A stretch of 64,000 nucleotides of DNA. It comes from Chloroflexota bacterium (GTDB taxonomy: Bacteria > Chloroflexota > Dehalococcoidia > Lucifugimonadales > UBA3495). The stretch lies in the NCBI GenBank assembly GCA_028873965.1, contig JAPPMU010000041.1, positions 36,056 to 100,055 on the forward strand, in the 5' to 3' direction. Both the position numbers and the translations under genes were made by a program. Under the pieces are notes generated by a model that was not told where the DNA came from, did no database searches, and saw only the letters and a list, made by a program, of their open reading frames with translations. Below, piece after piece: positions 8,740 through 17,462 of the stretch. How positions within the stretch are numbered: the stretch's first letter is position 1; each line of letters begins with the position of its first letter.

Positions 8740-9975
8740 TCATTCCAGCGCCCCGGCCTCAGCCAACTCCCGGTACTCCGCCTCGCTCAACCCTACGATC
8801 TTCCGCAGTGCGTACTCCGTATCCTGTCCAAGCAACGGCGCGGGGCGGTCCAGCCGGCCGGGGGTCAGCGAAAGCTGCACTTCGGTGTAATCGGTGGCGT
8901 AGGGGCCCATCTCGGGGTGGTCCAGCCAGGTGAAATGCTCCCGGTGACGCAACTGCGGATCCTCGAACAGGTCGCGGGTGTCATTGACCACGCCGGCCGG
9001 TACGCCTACCGCCTGCAGCCGGCGCATTAACTCGTGGCGGTCGTGGTTCACCGTCCAGTCGGCGATGATGCCGTCCAGCTTGTCCTCATGTGCTTTGCGT
9101 ACCCTGAACGTCCGGAATTCACCTGACGCGATATCCGCAAACCCGTCGGCCGCGATCTCGTCCCGTAGGGCCGCCCATTGCCCGTCGTCGAACGCCGCGA
9201 TGGCGATCCACCGGTCGGCTTCTCCGTTGGCGTCGGGTGCGCACGGATACGCCCCGTGTGGTGACGCCGCGTAGTGACGATTGCCCACCAGTTCCGGTTC
9301 GCGGCCGTTGACCGCCGCGTCCAGCAGCATCGGCCCGCCGAAGTGCAGGCTGGTTTCCAGCTGCGACATGTCCAGGTGCGTTCCCCGGCCGGTGGCGCGC
9401 TGCCGGTCCACCGCGGCCAGTATCGCGGACACCGCGAACTTGGGGCACACGAAGTCAGTGTAGGCGCCGTAAGGGTTCACGGGCCCGCGGTCCGGCCAGC
9501 CGATGATGTTCGTGTAGCCGGCCAGCGACGACAGCACCGCGCCGAACCCGGGCTGGGTCTGCATCGGGCCGCCGCGCCCCAGCATCGACGCGCTGAACAG
9601 CACGATGCGCGGGTTGACCCGGCTCAGTTCGTCGTAACCCAGCCCCCAGCGTTCCAGAGTACCCGGCGTGAAGTTCTCGGTCACCACGTCCGCCCATTCG
9701 GCGATGCGCAGGATCAGACCCGGCGCGTCGGGATGCCCCATGTCGATGGACAGGCCGTACTTGTTGGCATTGTAGTTGGCGAAATATCCGGAACGGTTGA
9801 CCCCCGACTCACCTCCCGCGAACGGCCCGGCACGCCGCAGCGTCTCCGGCCGTTTGGCAGACTCCACCCTCAACACCGTAGCGCCGTACTCCGAAAGGTA
9901 TTTCGTGGTCATCGGGCCGACGGCAACCCAACAGAAGTCCAGCACCTTCAACCCGGCCAACGGCAAATTGGGCAT
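8740..9975 (-). CDS. Family III CoA-transferase (CaiB/BaiF)
   Basis: PLAGLKVLDF, GATVLRVES, ADVVTENF, APLLGQDT. Confidence 0.93.
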   Translation of the reverse strand: MPNLPLAGLKVLDFCWVAVGPMTTKYLSEYGATVLRVESAKRPETLRRAGPFAGGESGVNRSGYFANYNANKYGLSIDMGHPDAPGLILRIAEWADVVTENFTPGTLERWGLGYDELSRVNPRIVLFSASMLGRGGPMQTQPGFGAVLSSLAGYTNIIGWPDRGPVNPYGAYTDFVCPKFAVSAILAAVDRQRATGRGTHLDMSQLETSLHFGGPMLLDAAVNGREPELVGNRHYAASPHGAYPCAPDANGEADRWIAIAAFDDGQWAALRDEIAADGFADIASGEFRTFRVRKAHEDKLDGIIADWTVNHDRHELMRRLQAVGVPAGVVNDTRDLFEDPQLRHREHFTWLDHPEMGPYATDYTEVQLSLTPGRLDRPAPLLGQDTEYALRKIVGLSEAEYRELAEAGALE

Positions 9976-10104
9976 AGACAGAACCCTCCATCAATGAGGT
10001 TTAGCGAGGAAAGGCGGAGCTGAGCACAGGAAGAACTATATCTTTTTCATGGTGTTCAGGAGCGGCTGTCATCCATCATCAGAAATGGTATTTCACTTTC
10101 GGCA

Positions 10105-10905
10105 TTACCGTTGGATATTCTCCGTGGGCTGTAGGTAATAGATGGTCGGTCTCTCAAGGTTTTCAGCTTCTTGCTTCGTTTGGGTAAAGCACACCGAAAA
10201 CTCTTTGGCACCGTTAGTTTTTTCAGGATTTCGATAGTGCTGCATCAACCGAGTGTACAAATCACCGGACTGCCCAACATAGGATGCACTGATACCAAAT
10301 ACGTCCTGAGCATCCCAGAAGACATACACTCCGGGTTGGTTACGTGGTAAATCGTCGATGTCTTCCGTGTCGAAAGAACGTCGATCTGCGTCCAGAAGCC
10401 TCAGCAGGGAAGGAAGCGTTGACTCCGGGTGCCATGTCCGAAGCCCTTCGTTCGAAGGATTAATCGTTGCTTCAACATTGCCAGAGGCAGACTTCATGAG
10501 TGATACTGAGAATGTTTTTCGAGGTTGCCCGAATCCAAATTCAGTCCAGCCAAATGGAGGTGAACTGTCAAGCTCGGCAGCAGCTTGGCACAACACCCTC
10601 TCGACATACACGTTCAATACGAGATCTCGCACTACACGGTACGTCAACATCTGCTTTTGGAGTTGTTGCTTGACCCTCTCCAAAGAAAAAAACTGGCGCA
10701 AGGCCTCTACGTCGCCATCAGCGGAAGCCCTAATATATTCTTCGTTAGTCGGAGTCAATTTCTGGTCGATTTCATCCAAACGGTGAGACATCTCTTTAGG
10801 AGACATTTCGAACGTCCTACCATATTCCTTGATGACAGCCTCCCAGATGTAATTGGTGGGTTTCATTTTGTTTGATCTCGACATTTCTAACGTCATACCT
10901 CCCAC
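10105..10905 (-). CDS. Protein with C-terminal GIY-YIG nuclease-like domain
   Basis: LPRNQPGVYVF..YVGQSGDLYTRLMQH..LER..QPTEN; visibly lower GC than flanks; start uncertain. Confidence 0.72.
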   Translation of the reverse strand: MGGMTLEMSRSNKMKPTNYIWEAVIKEYGRTFEMSPKEMSHRLDEIDQKLTPTNEEYIRASADGDVEALRQFFSLERVKQQLQKQMLTYRVVRDLVLNVYVERVLCQAAAELDSSPPFGWTEFGFGQPRKTFSVSLMKSASGNVEATINPSNEGLRTWHPESTLPSLLRLLDADRRSFDTEDIDDLPRNQPGVYVFWDAQDVFGISASYVGQSGDLYTRLMQHYRNPEKTNGAKEFSVCFTQTKQEAENLERPTIYYLQPTENIQR

Positions 10906-10916
10906 GCCAGTTTTTG

Positions 10917-12188
10917 TCAGAGAACCCGCAACTCAGCCAACCGCGCCAGGTCCCGCTCGTTAAGGCCCAGTTCAACACCGAGAATTTCCCGGTTGTGCTC
11001 CCCGACCCTTGGAGCTCGCCGTCGCACTCCCACGCGGGAAGGGTCTGTAAGGTCCTTCACGAAATGGCCCGGATAGGTGACCGTTTCTCCGATATCGTCG
11101 TGCTCGATCCGGTCGTAGTAGTCCCGTGCGGCCAATTGGCGGTGCGCGAGAATGTCGCTGGGCGTCGCCACTGGAAAAAGCAGGATACGCCGTTCCAGCG
11201 CCCCGTCGGCCAGCTCGTTGCGGGTGTGGGTCATGAAGAAGGGCGCCACCGCGGCCACCGTCTGCTCCATGATCTCCGCCCGCGCTGTGCCGTAGCCCAG
11301 CTCCTCCCAGTTGACCGCGTCCAATTCCGGACTACCCATGCCTTCCTCGGTCATCCAGGCAAGCATGGAACGGACGCTGCGCGCCGCGCCGGCAGTCCCG
11401 CCTCCGGGCTGGAAGTTCACGTAGCCGTCCTTGCACGGCCAGTTGATCCGAGTGAAAGTTCCACCTGCCGATTCCCGGTACGCTCCCATCCTGCGCAGGA
11501 TGGTCTGCTCCAGGTCCCAATACTGCGGGGCGTGCGCCAGGGTCCGCGCCACCGCCTGCTGGCACGACACGTCCACGTGCTGGCCTTCTCCGGTAAGCTG
11601 CCGGTGCGTGTGGGCGATCATGGCGCCGGCTGCGCCGGCCGCGCTGCCGTGCTGGTAGAACTGGGGCATGCTGACCCGCAACGGCGGTCGATCGCCGTCC
11701 CCGGTCAGGTGCATGAACCCGCCCAGCGCCATGCCCACGATGTCCGATGCCACGTAGTCAGCATACGGACCATCCTGCCCGAACGCCGTGATCGAAACCA
11801 GCACCAGTCGAGGGTTCAACTCATGCAACTCCGCGTAACCCAACCCCAGCGATGCCATGTGGCCAGGGTCGGCCGACTCGATGACAAAGTCGGCCTGGCC
11901 AACCAGCCGCCGGAATAGGACGGAGCCGTCCGTAGTGCCAACGTCCAGCGTGACGCCGCGCTTGTTGGCGCAATACGCCCACCAGAACAGGCTGCGCTCA
12001 GGCCCCGGTTCGTCCCTGTAGAACGGGCCTATCCTTCGTGCCGGGCTGCCTCCCGGCGGCTCCACCTGCACCACGTCGGCGCCCAGGTCGGCCAGCATCT
12101 TGCCGCAGAGCAGACCGCGCCCGTCGGTAAGATCAAGGACGCGGTAGGGCGCGAGAAGACCGGGGCCGTATTCAGTGTCAGACGTCAC
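10917..12188 (-). CDS. Family III CoA-transferase (CaiB/BaiF)
   Basis: RVLDLT, LADLGADVVQVEPPGG, NKRGVTLD, APRVGEHN. Confidence 0.93.
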   Translation of the reverse strand: MTSDTEYGPGLLAPYRVLDLTDGRGLLCGKMLADLGADVVQVEPPGGSPARRIGPFYRDEPGPERSLFWWAYCANKRGVTLDVGTTDGSVLFRRLVGQADFVIESADPGHMASLGLGYAELHELNPRLVLVSITAFGQDGPYADYVASDIVGMALGGFMHLTGDGDRPPLRVSMPQFYQHGSAAGAAGAMIAHTHRQLTGEGQHVDVSCQQAVARTLAHAPQYWDLEQTILRRMGAYRESAGGTFTRINWPCKDGYVNFQPGGGTAGAARSVRSMLAWMTEEGMGSPELDAVNWEELGYGTARAEIMEQTVAAVAPFFMTHTRNELADGALERRILLFPVATPSDILAHRQLAARDYYDRIEHDDIGETVTYPGHFVKDLTDPSRVGVRRRAPRVGEHNREILGVELGLNERDLARLAELRVL

Positions 12189-12466
12189 TGCGTCGGCGTC
12201 CGTCGTTCAGGGTTGGCGCCGGTGGGTTCCATTCCGGGCGGTATGGTGAACACGGCATTGCCGTCGGCGTCGTGCGTGTGGTTGGCCAGAGAGTACAGGA
12301 GTTGCTGGTTGCCTCTGTGCATTTCCTCGCGCAACTCTTCTATCTGGACAGACAAGTTCTCTACTTGGTTGGACAGTTTGCTCAACTGGTAAATGCCAGT
12401 GGCAGCAGCGATTAGCATCATCACGACGGCCACGGCAGCCGTGATATTTCCGGCGTTCACTTTCAT
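12185..12466 (-). CDS. Small membrane-anchored coiled-coil protein
   Basis: One N-terminal TM helix, heptad-like segment, HTHDADG tail; 4-bp overlap with the CoA-transferase start. Confidence 0.6.
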   Translation of the reverse strand: MKVNAGNITAAVAVVMMLIAAATGIYQLSKLSNQVENLSVQIEELREEMHRGNQQLLYSLANHTHDADGNAVFTIPPGMEPTGANPERRTPTQ

Positions 12467-12552
12467 AGTCGCTACTCTAACACGGCGCAACTGGGGCCAG
12501 ATTTGACCGCGCACCGTACATCAATCTTATCAGATTGACCGGACGCAACTAC

Positions 12553-13104
12553 CTAATCTTCCTGCACCACCAGGGACGGCGGCGCGGCATCCAGAATATC
12601 GGCAACCAGGCGGGCGATGTCCGGCGGGCTGAAAACCGTCCCCGCCAAGGGAGAGGGATCGTCCCGCCACATGTCGTCCAGGCAATTCGCCAGCACAAAC
12701 AGGTGCCACTCGTCCTCCTCAGGCAGCGCCGCGATGGTATTGTGCGCCAGGTAGGCGGCGATGCTGCCCTGGCCGCGCGATGCGCTTTTGGCCGCTTGGG
12801 CAGCGAACAGAATGCGGCTACGTATCCTCTCAGGCAGATCGTCACAGTTGAAGCTTCCAGCGCCATCCTGTAACCCATAGCAGGTCATCATGACCGCCGG
12901 CTCGATGTCGTCTTCGTACTCAGCCGCGTCCGCCACCTCGTTGCGGAGCGGCCAGTATTCCGTCGCCAAAGCGAGTCCCACGTCCCAGGCATCACGGATT
13001 TCGTGAGTCCCGCCGCCAGCTTTGGGTACAACGTTCCAATCGGAACGGCGGAGCCACTCCGACCAGACGCGACGGTTGTCCGCTTGGTCGTATTCGCTCA
13101 ACAT
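12553..13104 (-). CDS. Hypothetical protein
   Basis: Non-overlapping 3' part of ORF 12553-13491, starting MLSEYDQ just after the cyclase stop. Confidence 0.55.
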   Translation of the reverse strand: MLSEYDQADNRRVWSEWLRRSDWNVVPKAGGGTHEIRDAWDVGLALATEYWPLRNEVADAAEYEDDIEPAVMMTCYGLQDGAGSFNCDDLPERIRSRILFAAQAAKSASRGQGSIAAYLAHNTIAALPEEDEWHLFVLANCLDDMWRDDPSPLAGTVFSPPDIARLVADILDAAPPSLVVQED

Positions 13105-13136
13105 CGCGAAGGTTCCGGTGCGGAAGCGCGATAACT

Positions 13137-14072
13137 TCAGAACGTCGCCAGCGGGTTCACCGGCGATCCGGTGGCGTTGTGCCAGCGCAGCGGCGCGACG
13201 GTGAACATAAAGTCCCACCGGTTCAACCGGCGACACACCGGCGCAACCTCGTCGAAGTTCGCCGCGTCGATCAACCACAGTCCCATGCCGACGATACCCA
13301 CCTTGTGGATGGGCAAGCCCACGTAGGGATATTCGCTGGGCGCAACGTCCCATGAAGCGTCGCACGCCGCGATGGACACGCCCCGCTCCCGCAGCCAGGG
13401 CAGCGTCTCCGCGTGCAGTCCGGGCCGCCCTTCGGCCGCAGTGGGCGGGCCGACCTCCTGGCGCCGCTGGTACCAGCCCAGGCGGATGCAAAGCGCGTCG
13501 CCTTCGGTGACCCGAACTCCCTGGGCCTCTTCTGCCGCTTCCAGGTCAGCGGTGAACACCGGCTCGGCGGCGTCCAGCCAGTCTTTGCCCTTCACGGCGG
13601 CGATGTCCAGCAGCACCCCGCGTGTCACCACGCCGTTTCGCACGTTGTCGATTGCCCCGGCGCCGGCTTTGTTCGCGTTGTTGACCAGGCCCGCGTCCTT
13701 CCCGTTGTACATCTTGCCGTTCCAGAACTGGTGGCACAGGCTGTCCAGGTGGGTCACCGTCAGCCCGTGGAAGGACACGCCGATAAAATCGCTGGCTCCT
13801 CCGCTTCCTTCCGACGGCGCGGACTCGCCGGTGGACACCATGTAGTGCAGCGGCGGAATGCTGGTCACGTCCGGCGCCATCTCCGGAACCAGCAGTCGCG
13901 AACAGGTAACGCTGACGCCCTCGCGCACCAGGCTCGCCGCCTCCTTCCGCTTGGCGTCGGTGATCAGGTTCAGCGTGCCCAGTTCGTCGTCGTCGCCCCA
14001 GCGACCCCAGTTGCTCAGCGAATCGAACCAGCCCAGCACTTGCTCCTCGGTGGGAATGGTCGGTGTAGTCAT
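13137..14072 (-). CDS. Cyclase / kynurenine-formamidase-family metal hydrolase
   Basis: SNWGRWG..GTLN, HGLTVTHLDSLCH, ATGSPVNPLA; start MTTPT with GGAGG RBS. Confidence 0.9.
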   Translation of the reverse strand: MTTPTIPTEEQVLGWFDSLSNWGRWGDDDELGTLNLITDAKRKEAASLVREGVSVTCSRLLVPEMAPDVTSIPPLHYMVSTGESAPSEGSGGASDFIGVSFHGLTVTHLDSLCHQFWNGKMYNGKDAGLVNNANKAGAGAIDNVRNGVVTRGVLLDIAAVKGKDWLDAAEPVFTADLEAAEEAQGVRVTEGDALCIRLGWYQRRQEVGPPTAAEGRPGLHAETLPWLRERGVSIAACDASWDVAPSEYPYVGLPIHKVGIVGMGLWLIDAANFDEVAPVCRRLNRWDFMFTVAPLRWHNATGSPVNPLATF

Positions 14073-14236
14073 GATGTTCCCTCCGCTTTTATCGACGACT
14101 TCACATCCAAACTTCCGGTTGCAGGGATTGTAGGGTTCGCCACCGGGCAGGTCAACGACGTTGCCGTGATAAAATCCAACCCATGCCCGATGATAATCTG
14201 GCTGGTCTATATTCACCGATTGCCGCGAGTCCAATC

Positions 14237-14596
14237 ATGACTTTTCAAAAATATCAGGCTGCCAGCCGGCATCTGTTGGCCCAAAGTCGTCGAGAGTTGG
14301 CGCGCGGCGATGTGCGCCAAGCCTCGGAAAAAGGCTGGGGCGCGGCCGCGCAGATAGTCAAGGCAATCGCGGAGCAGCGCGGTTGGCCGCACCGAAGTCA
14401 CGCCGCCCTGTACGATGCCATCTCCCACCTCATCGGCGAAACTGGTGACGTCGAAATCCGGCGGCTATTCGATGTGGCCGGCAACCTCCATATGAATTTT
14501 TATGAGGACTGGAACAACGCCGAGAACGTTGGCGGCAGCTTGAACGACGTGGAGCGTTTCCTGGACAAGATTGAACCGCTGGTATTCGCGGAATAG
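14237..14596 (+). CDS. PaREP1-family (HEPN-like) protein
   Basis: GDVRQASEKGWGAAAQIVKA..LHMNFYE. Confidence 0.82.
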   Translation: MTFQKYQAASRHLLAQSRRELARGDVRQASEKGWGAAAQIVKAIAEQRGWPHRSHAALYDAISHLIGETGDVEIRRLFDVAGNLHMNFYEDWNNAENVGGSLNDVERFLDKIEPLVFAE

Positions 14597-14616
14597 AACC
14601 GCAGTCGCCTGGCGCC

Positions 14617-16014
14617 ATGACCGCCCCCAACTTCGCCGACCGCACCATCTGGACCGGGGACAACCTGGACATCCTGCGCGGCCTGAACTCCGCGTCGGTT
14701 GACCTGATTTACCTGGATCCGCCCTTCAACTCCAACCGCAACTACGCTGCCCCGGTGGGCAGCGCGGCGGCCGGCGCCGCCTTCAAGGACACCTGGACCC
14801 TCTCCGACCTGGACGTGGCCTGGATGGGCCTCATCGCCGACGAGCAGCCGGCCATGTACCAGGTTCTGCAAACCGCCGGCCTCACCCACGGCAAAGGGAT
14901 GCAGTCCTATCTCTGCATGATGGCCGTCCGCCTGCTGGAAATGCGCCGCGTCCTCAAGGACACCGGCTCCATCTACCTGCACTGCGACCCGACGGCCAGC
15001 CACTACCTCAAACTGCTGATGGATAGCATCTTTGGCCAAAATCGATTCCGGAGCGAGATCACTTGGCGCCGCACTAACGCCCATAGTGACACCCGGCAAG
15101 GTCGCAAGCAGCACGGCCGTGTTCACGACGTTATCCTTTACTTCACCAAGTCGCAACAATGGACTTGGAATCCGGTTTACACTCCCTATGACCCCCAATA
15201 CATCGAGAAGTTCTACAGGTTCGTTGAGCCGGAGACGAACCGACGCTACCGGCTTGGCGATCTGACTGCGCCAGGCGGTGCTAGCAAAGGCAATCCACAT
15301 TACGAGCTGATGGGTGTTACCAGGTACTGGCGCTACAGCCAGGAGCGGATGCAAGAACTTGTCGACGCAGGTAGGGTAGTCCAGCGAAGGCTTGGAGCGG
15401 TTCCTGCCTACAAGAGATACCTCGACGAGATGCCGGGCGTTCCGCTGCAAGATTCATGGGACGACATCGGCCCATTGCAGGCGCAGTCCAAAGAGCGCAT
15501 CGGCTACCCCACGCAGAAACCCCTGGCCCTGCTGGAGCGCATCATCAAGGCGTCGTCCAACGAGGACGACGTGGTGCTGGACCCCTTCTGCGGCTGCGCC
15601 ACCGCCTGCGTCGCCGCCGAGAACCTGGGCCGCCGCTGGATCGGCATCGACATCTCGCCCAAGGCGGTCGAGCTGGTCAACATGCGCCTCCAGCAGACCA
15701 TGGGCGAGCTCTTCCACAACCGCCTGGTAACCGCCCGCACCGACGTCCCCCGGCGCACCGACATCGACGCGCCCATACCCTACCGTCAGAACAAGCACGT
15801 CCTCTTCGGCCAGCAGGAAGGACGCTGCAACGGCTGCAAGTCCGCCTTCGAGTTCCGCCACCTGGAGATCGACCACGTCATCCCGCAGTCGGCCGGCGGC
15901 ACGGATCACGTCGAAAACCTGCAACTGCTCTGCGCCCACTGCAACCGCGTCAAAGGCGACCGCCCGCAGGAATACCTCGTAGCCCGCCTGCGGGAGATGG
16001 GCATGGCGGCATAG
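14617..16014 (+). CDS. Beta-class N6/N4 DNA methyltransferase fused to C-terminal HNH endonuclease
   Basis: LIYLDPPF, YPTQKP, LDPFCGCAT, then CNGC..IDHVIPQSAGGTDHVENLQLLCAHCNRVKG. Confidence 0.92.
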   Translation: MTAPNFADRTIWTGDNLDILRGLNSASVDLIYLDPPFNSNRNYAAPVGSAAAGAAFKDTWTLSDLDVAWMGLIADEQPAMYQVLQTAGLTHGKGMQSYLCMMAVRLLEMRRVLKDTGSIYLHCDPTASHYLKLLMDSIFGQNRFRSEITWRRTNAHSDTRQGRKQHGRVHDVILYFTKSQQWTWNPVYTPYDPQYIEKFYRFVEPETNRRYRLGDLTAPGGASKGNPHYELMGVTRYWRYSQERMQELVDAGRVVQRRLGAVPAYKRYLDEMPGVPLQDSWDDIGPLQAQSKERIGYPTQKPLALLERIIKASSNEDDVVLDPFCGCATACVAAENLGRRWIGIDISPKAVELVNMRLQQTMGELFHNRLVTARTDVPRRTDIDAPIPYRQNKHVLFGQQEGRCNGCKSAFEFRHLEIDHVIPQSAGGTDHVENLQLLCAHCNRVKGDRPQEYLVARLREMGMAA

Positions 16015-16049
16015 GGACACAACATACCCTTGGGGGTGCTTGAGCTGAT

Positions 16050-16346
16050 ATGGGCGAGCTAGCAAAAATCGCGATCCAAATCATATCTGACAGTTTGCCA
16101 GATAGTGATATTGCCAAACTGGTGGCACTGGTGATCTTCTGCACATTCCTGCTGATGCTGTTTGGGCGCATAAAGTTGGAATGGATTGCCTACGCATTGA
16201 GACATATTTATCGTTGGCTACGGTGCAAAATCTTCAGAAAGCATAGATATCGCCTACAGGGAATCGGCAGCACCAATTTGGCAACAGGTAGCGTACGAGG
16301 TACATTCATCTGCGCAATATGTGGGCATCTTCGGATTGTGCGTTAA
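16050..16346 (+). CDS. Small membrane protein with C-terminal Cys/His motif
   Basis: One TM helix, LRCKIFRKH..CAICGH; lower GC. Confidence 0.55.
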   Translation: MGELAKIAIQIISDSLPDSDIAKLVALVIFCTFLLMLFGRIKLEWIAYALRHIYRWLRCKIFRKHRYRLQGIGSTNLATGSVRGTFICAICGHLRIVR

Positions 16347-16462
16347 CACTGACGGTGGTACATCGTTCGTACCGGGGCACATGCAAATGGGTTATTGGAC
16401 ACAAAATCCGCCGCTGTGTTGGATTGCGCGATGCCCGCACGACATCAAGCAGGAGGCGTGAC

Positions 16463-16735
16463 ATGGCATTCAAAATTCGAGAAACGCAAGAAGACCCGAC
16501 CCGCCTCCATGACAGGCGTACCCTTTTCAGACAGCAGAGAGGAAAGTGCGGCGGGTGCGGCTTCGCTTTTGAATTTCGCAACCTGCAAATCGATCACATC
16601 GTCCCCATGGTCGACGGCGGTACAGACCGCCTGGAAAACCTCCAGCTCCTTTGCGCCCACTGCAACCACGCCAAAGGGTCACGGTCGCAGGAAAATTTGT
16701 CGGATTACCTGCGCAAAATCGGCGTTATCGCATAA
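16463..16735 (+). CDS. Stand-alone HNH endonuclease
   Basis: CGGC..IDHIVP..GGTDRLENLQLLCAHCNHAKG; AGGAGG RBS before ATG 16463. Confidence 0.85.
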   Translation: MAFKIRETQEDPTRLHDRRTLFRQQRGKCGGCGFAFEFRNLQIDHIVPMVDGGTDRLENLQLLCAHCNHAKGSRSQENLSDYLRKIGVIA

Positions 16736-16774
16736 GGATGTCTACGCGGTGACTTCCAACCGGAGGTTCAGGAT

Positions 16775-17002
16775 ATGAAGGTCAAATACTTTTCCGATAC
16801 CGACACCCTGTACATCGAACTCTATCAAGCCGAGGTTGACGAAACCCGCGATTTGGACGAGGACACGCTCTTGGACCTGGACGCCGCCGGCCGGCTGTGT
16901 GCCATAACTATTGAACACGCCAGCGACCGCATGGACATACCGGCGTTTTCTTACGAGCAAATCCCGGCGCAATCTATCCGTCCAACCGGGCGGTCTATAT
17001 GA
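16775..17002 (+). CDS. DUF2283-family small protein (antitoxin-like)
   Basis: MKVKYFSDTDTLYIEL..LLDLDAAGRLCAITIEHAS pattern. Confidence 0.8.
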   Translation: MKVKYFSDTDTLYIELYQAEVDETRDLDEDTLLDLDAAGRLCAITIEHASDRMDIPAFSYEQIPAQSIRPTGRSI

Positions 17003-17231
17003 GTGCGGCAACCCACAGCCCGCCATCCAATCCTGTCCAATCATAAAATCCCGCAAATCCTGCTTCTGACGATTCCTACGGAGCTGTGAAATGTCGTTCA
17101 GACCCCAACGTGACACGCCCTTGCCGGAAGGATTGGTCCACGGGATAACCTCGATAATGTTCGAAAGCGCATTGGTCCCAGCAGAGCCGCCGGAACCGGC
17201 TGATACTCCTCCTCATCAAGGAGACCCCAAT

Positions 17232-17432
17232 ATGAAAACCGTGGCGGAAATCCGGCAGGCCATTTTGGAACTGCCCGAGGCCGACTATGCTCAATTGAGC
17301 CGCTGGTTTCACGAGGTGGATGGGACACGCTGGGACGCGGAAATCGAGCAAGATTCCCACGACGGCAAGCTGGACCCCCTGGTTGATCAAGCCGCTCAAG
17401 CCAAAGCCGACGGCACGTTGCAAGAACTCTGA
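17232..17432 (+). CDS. Small antitoxin-like protein
   Basis: MKTVAEIRQAILEL..WDAEIEQD..GKLD pattern; AAGGAG RBS. Confidence 0.7.
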   Translation: MKTVAEIRQAILELPEADYAQLSRWFHEVDGTRWDAEIEQDSHDGKLDPLVDQAAQAKADGTLQEL

Positions 17433-17462
17433 TCCCATCATCCTGTCCATCCCTGCAAAACT

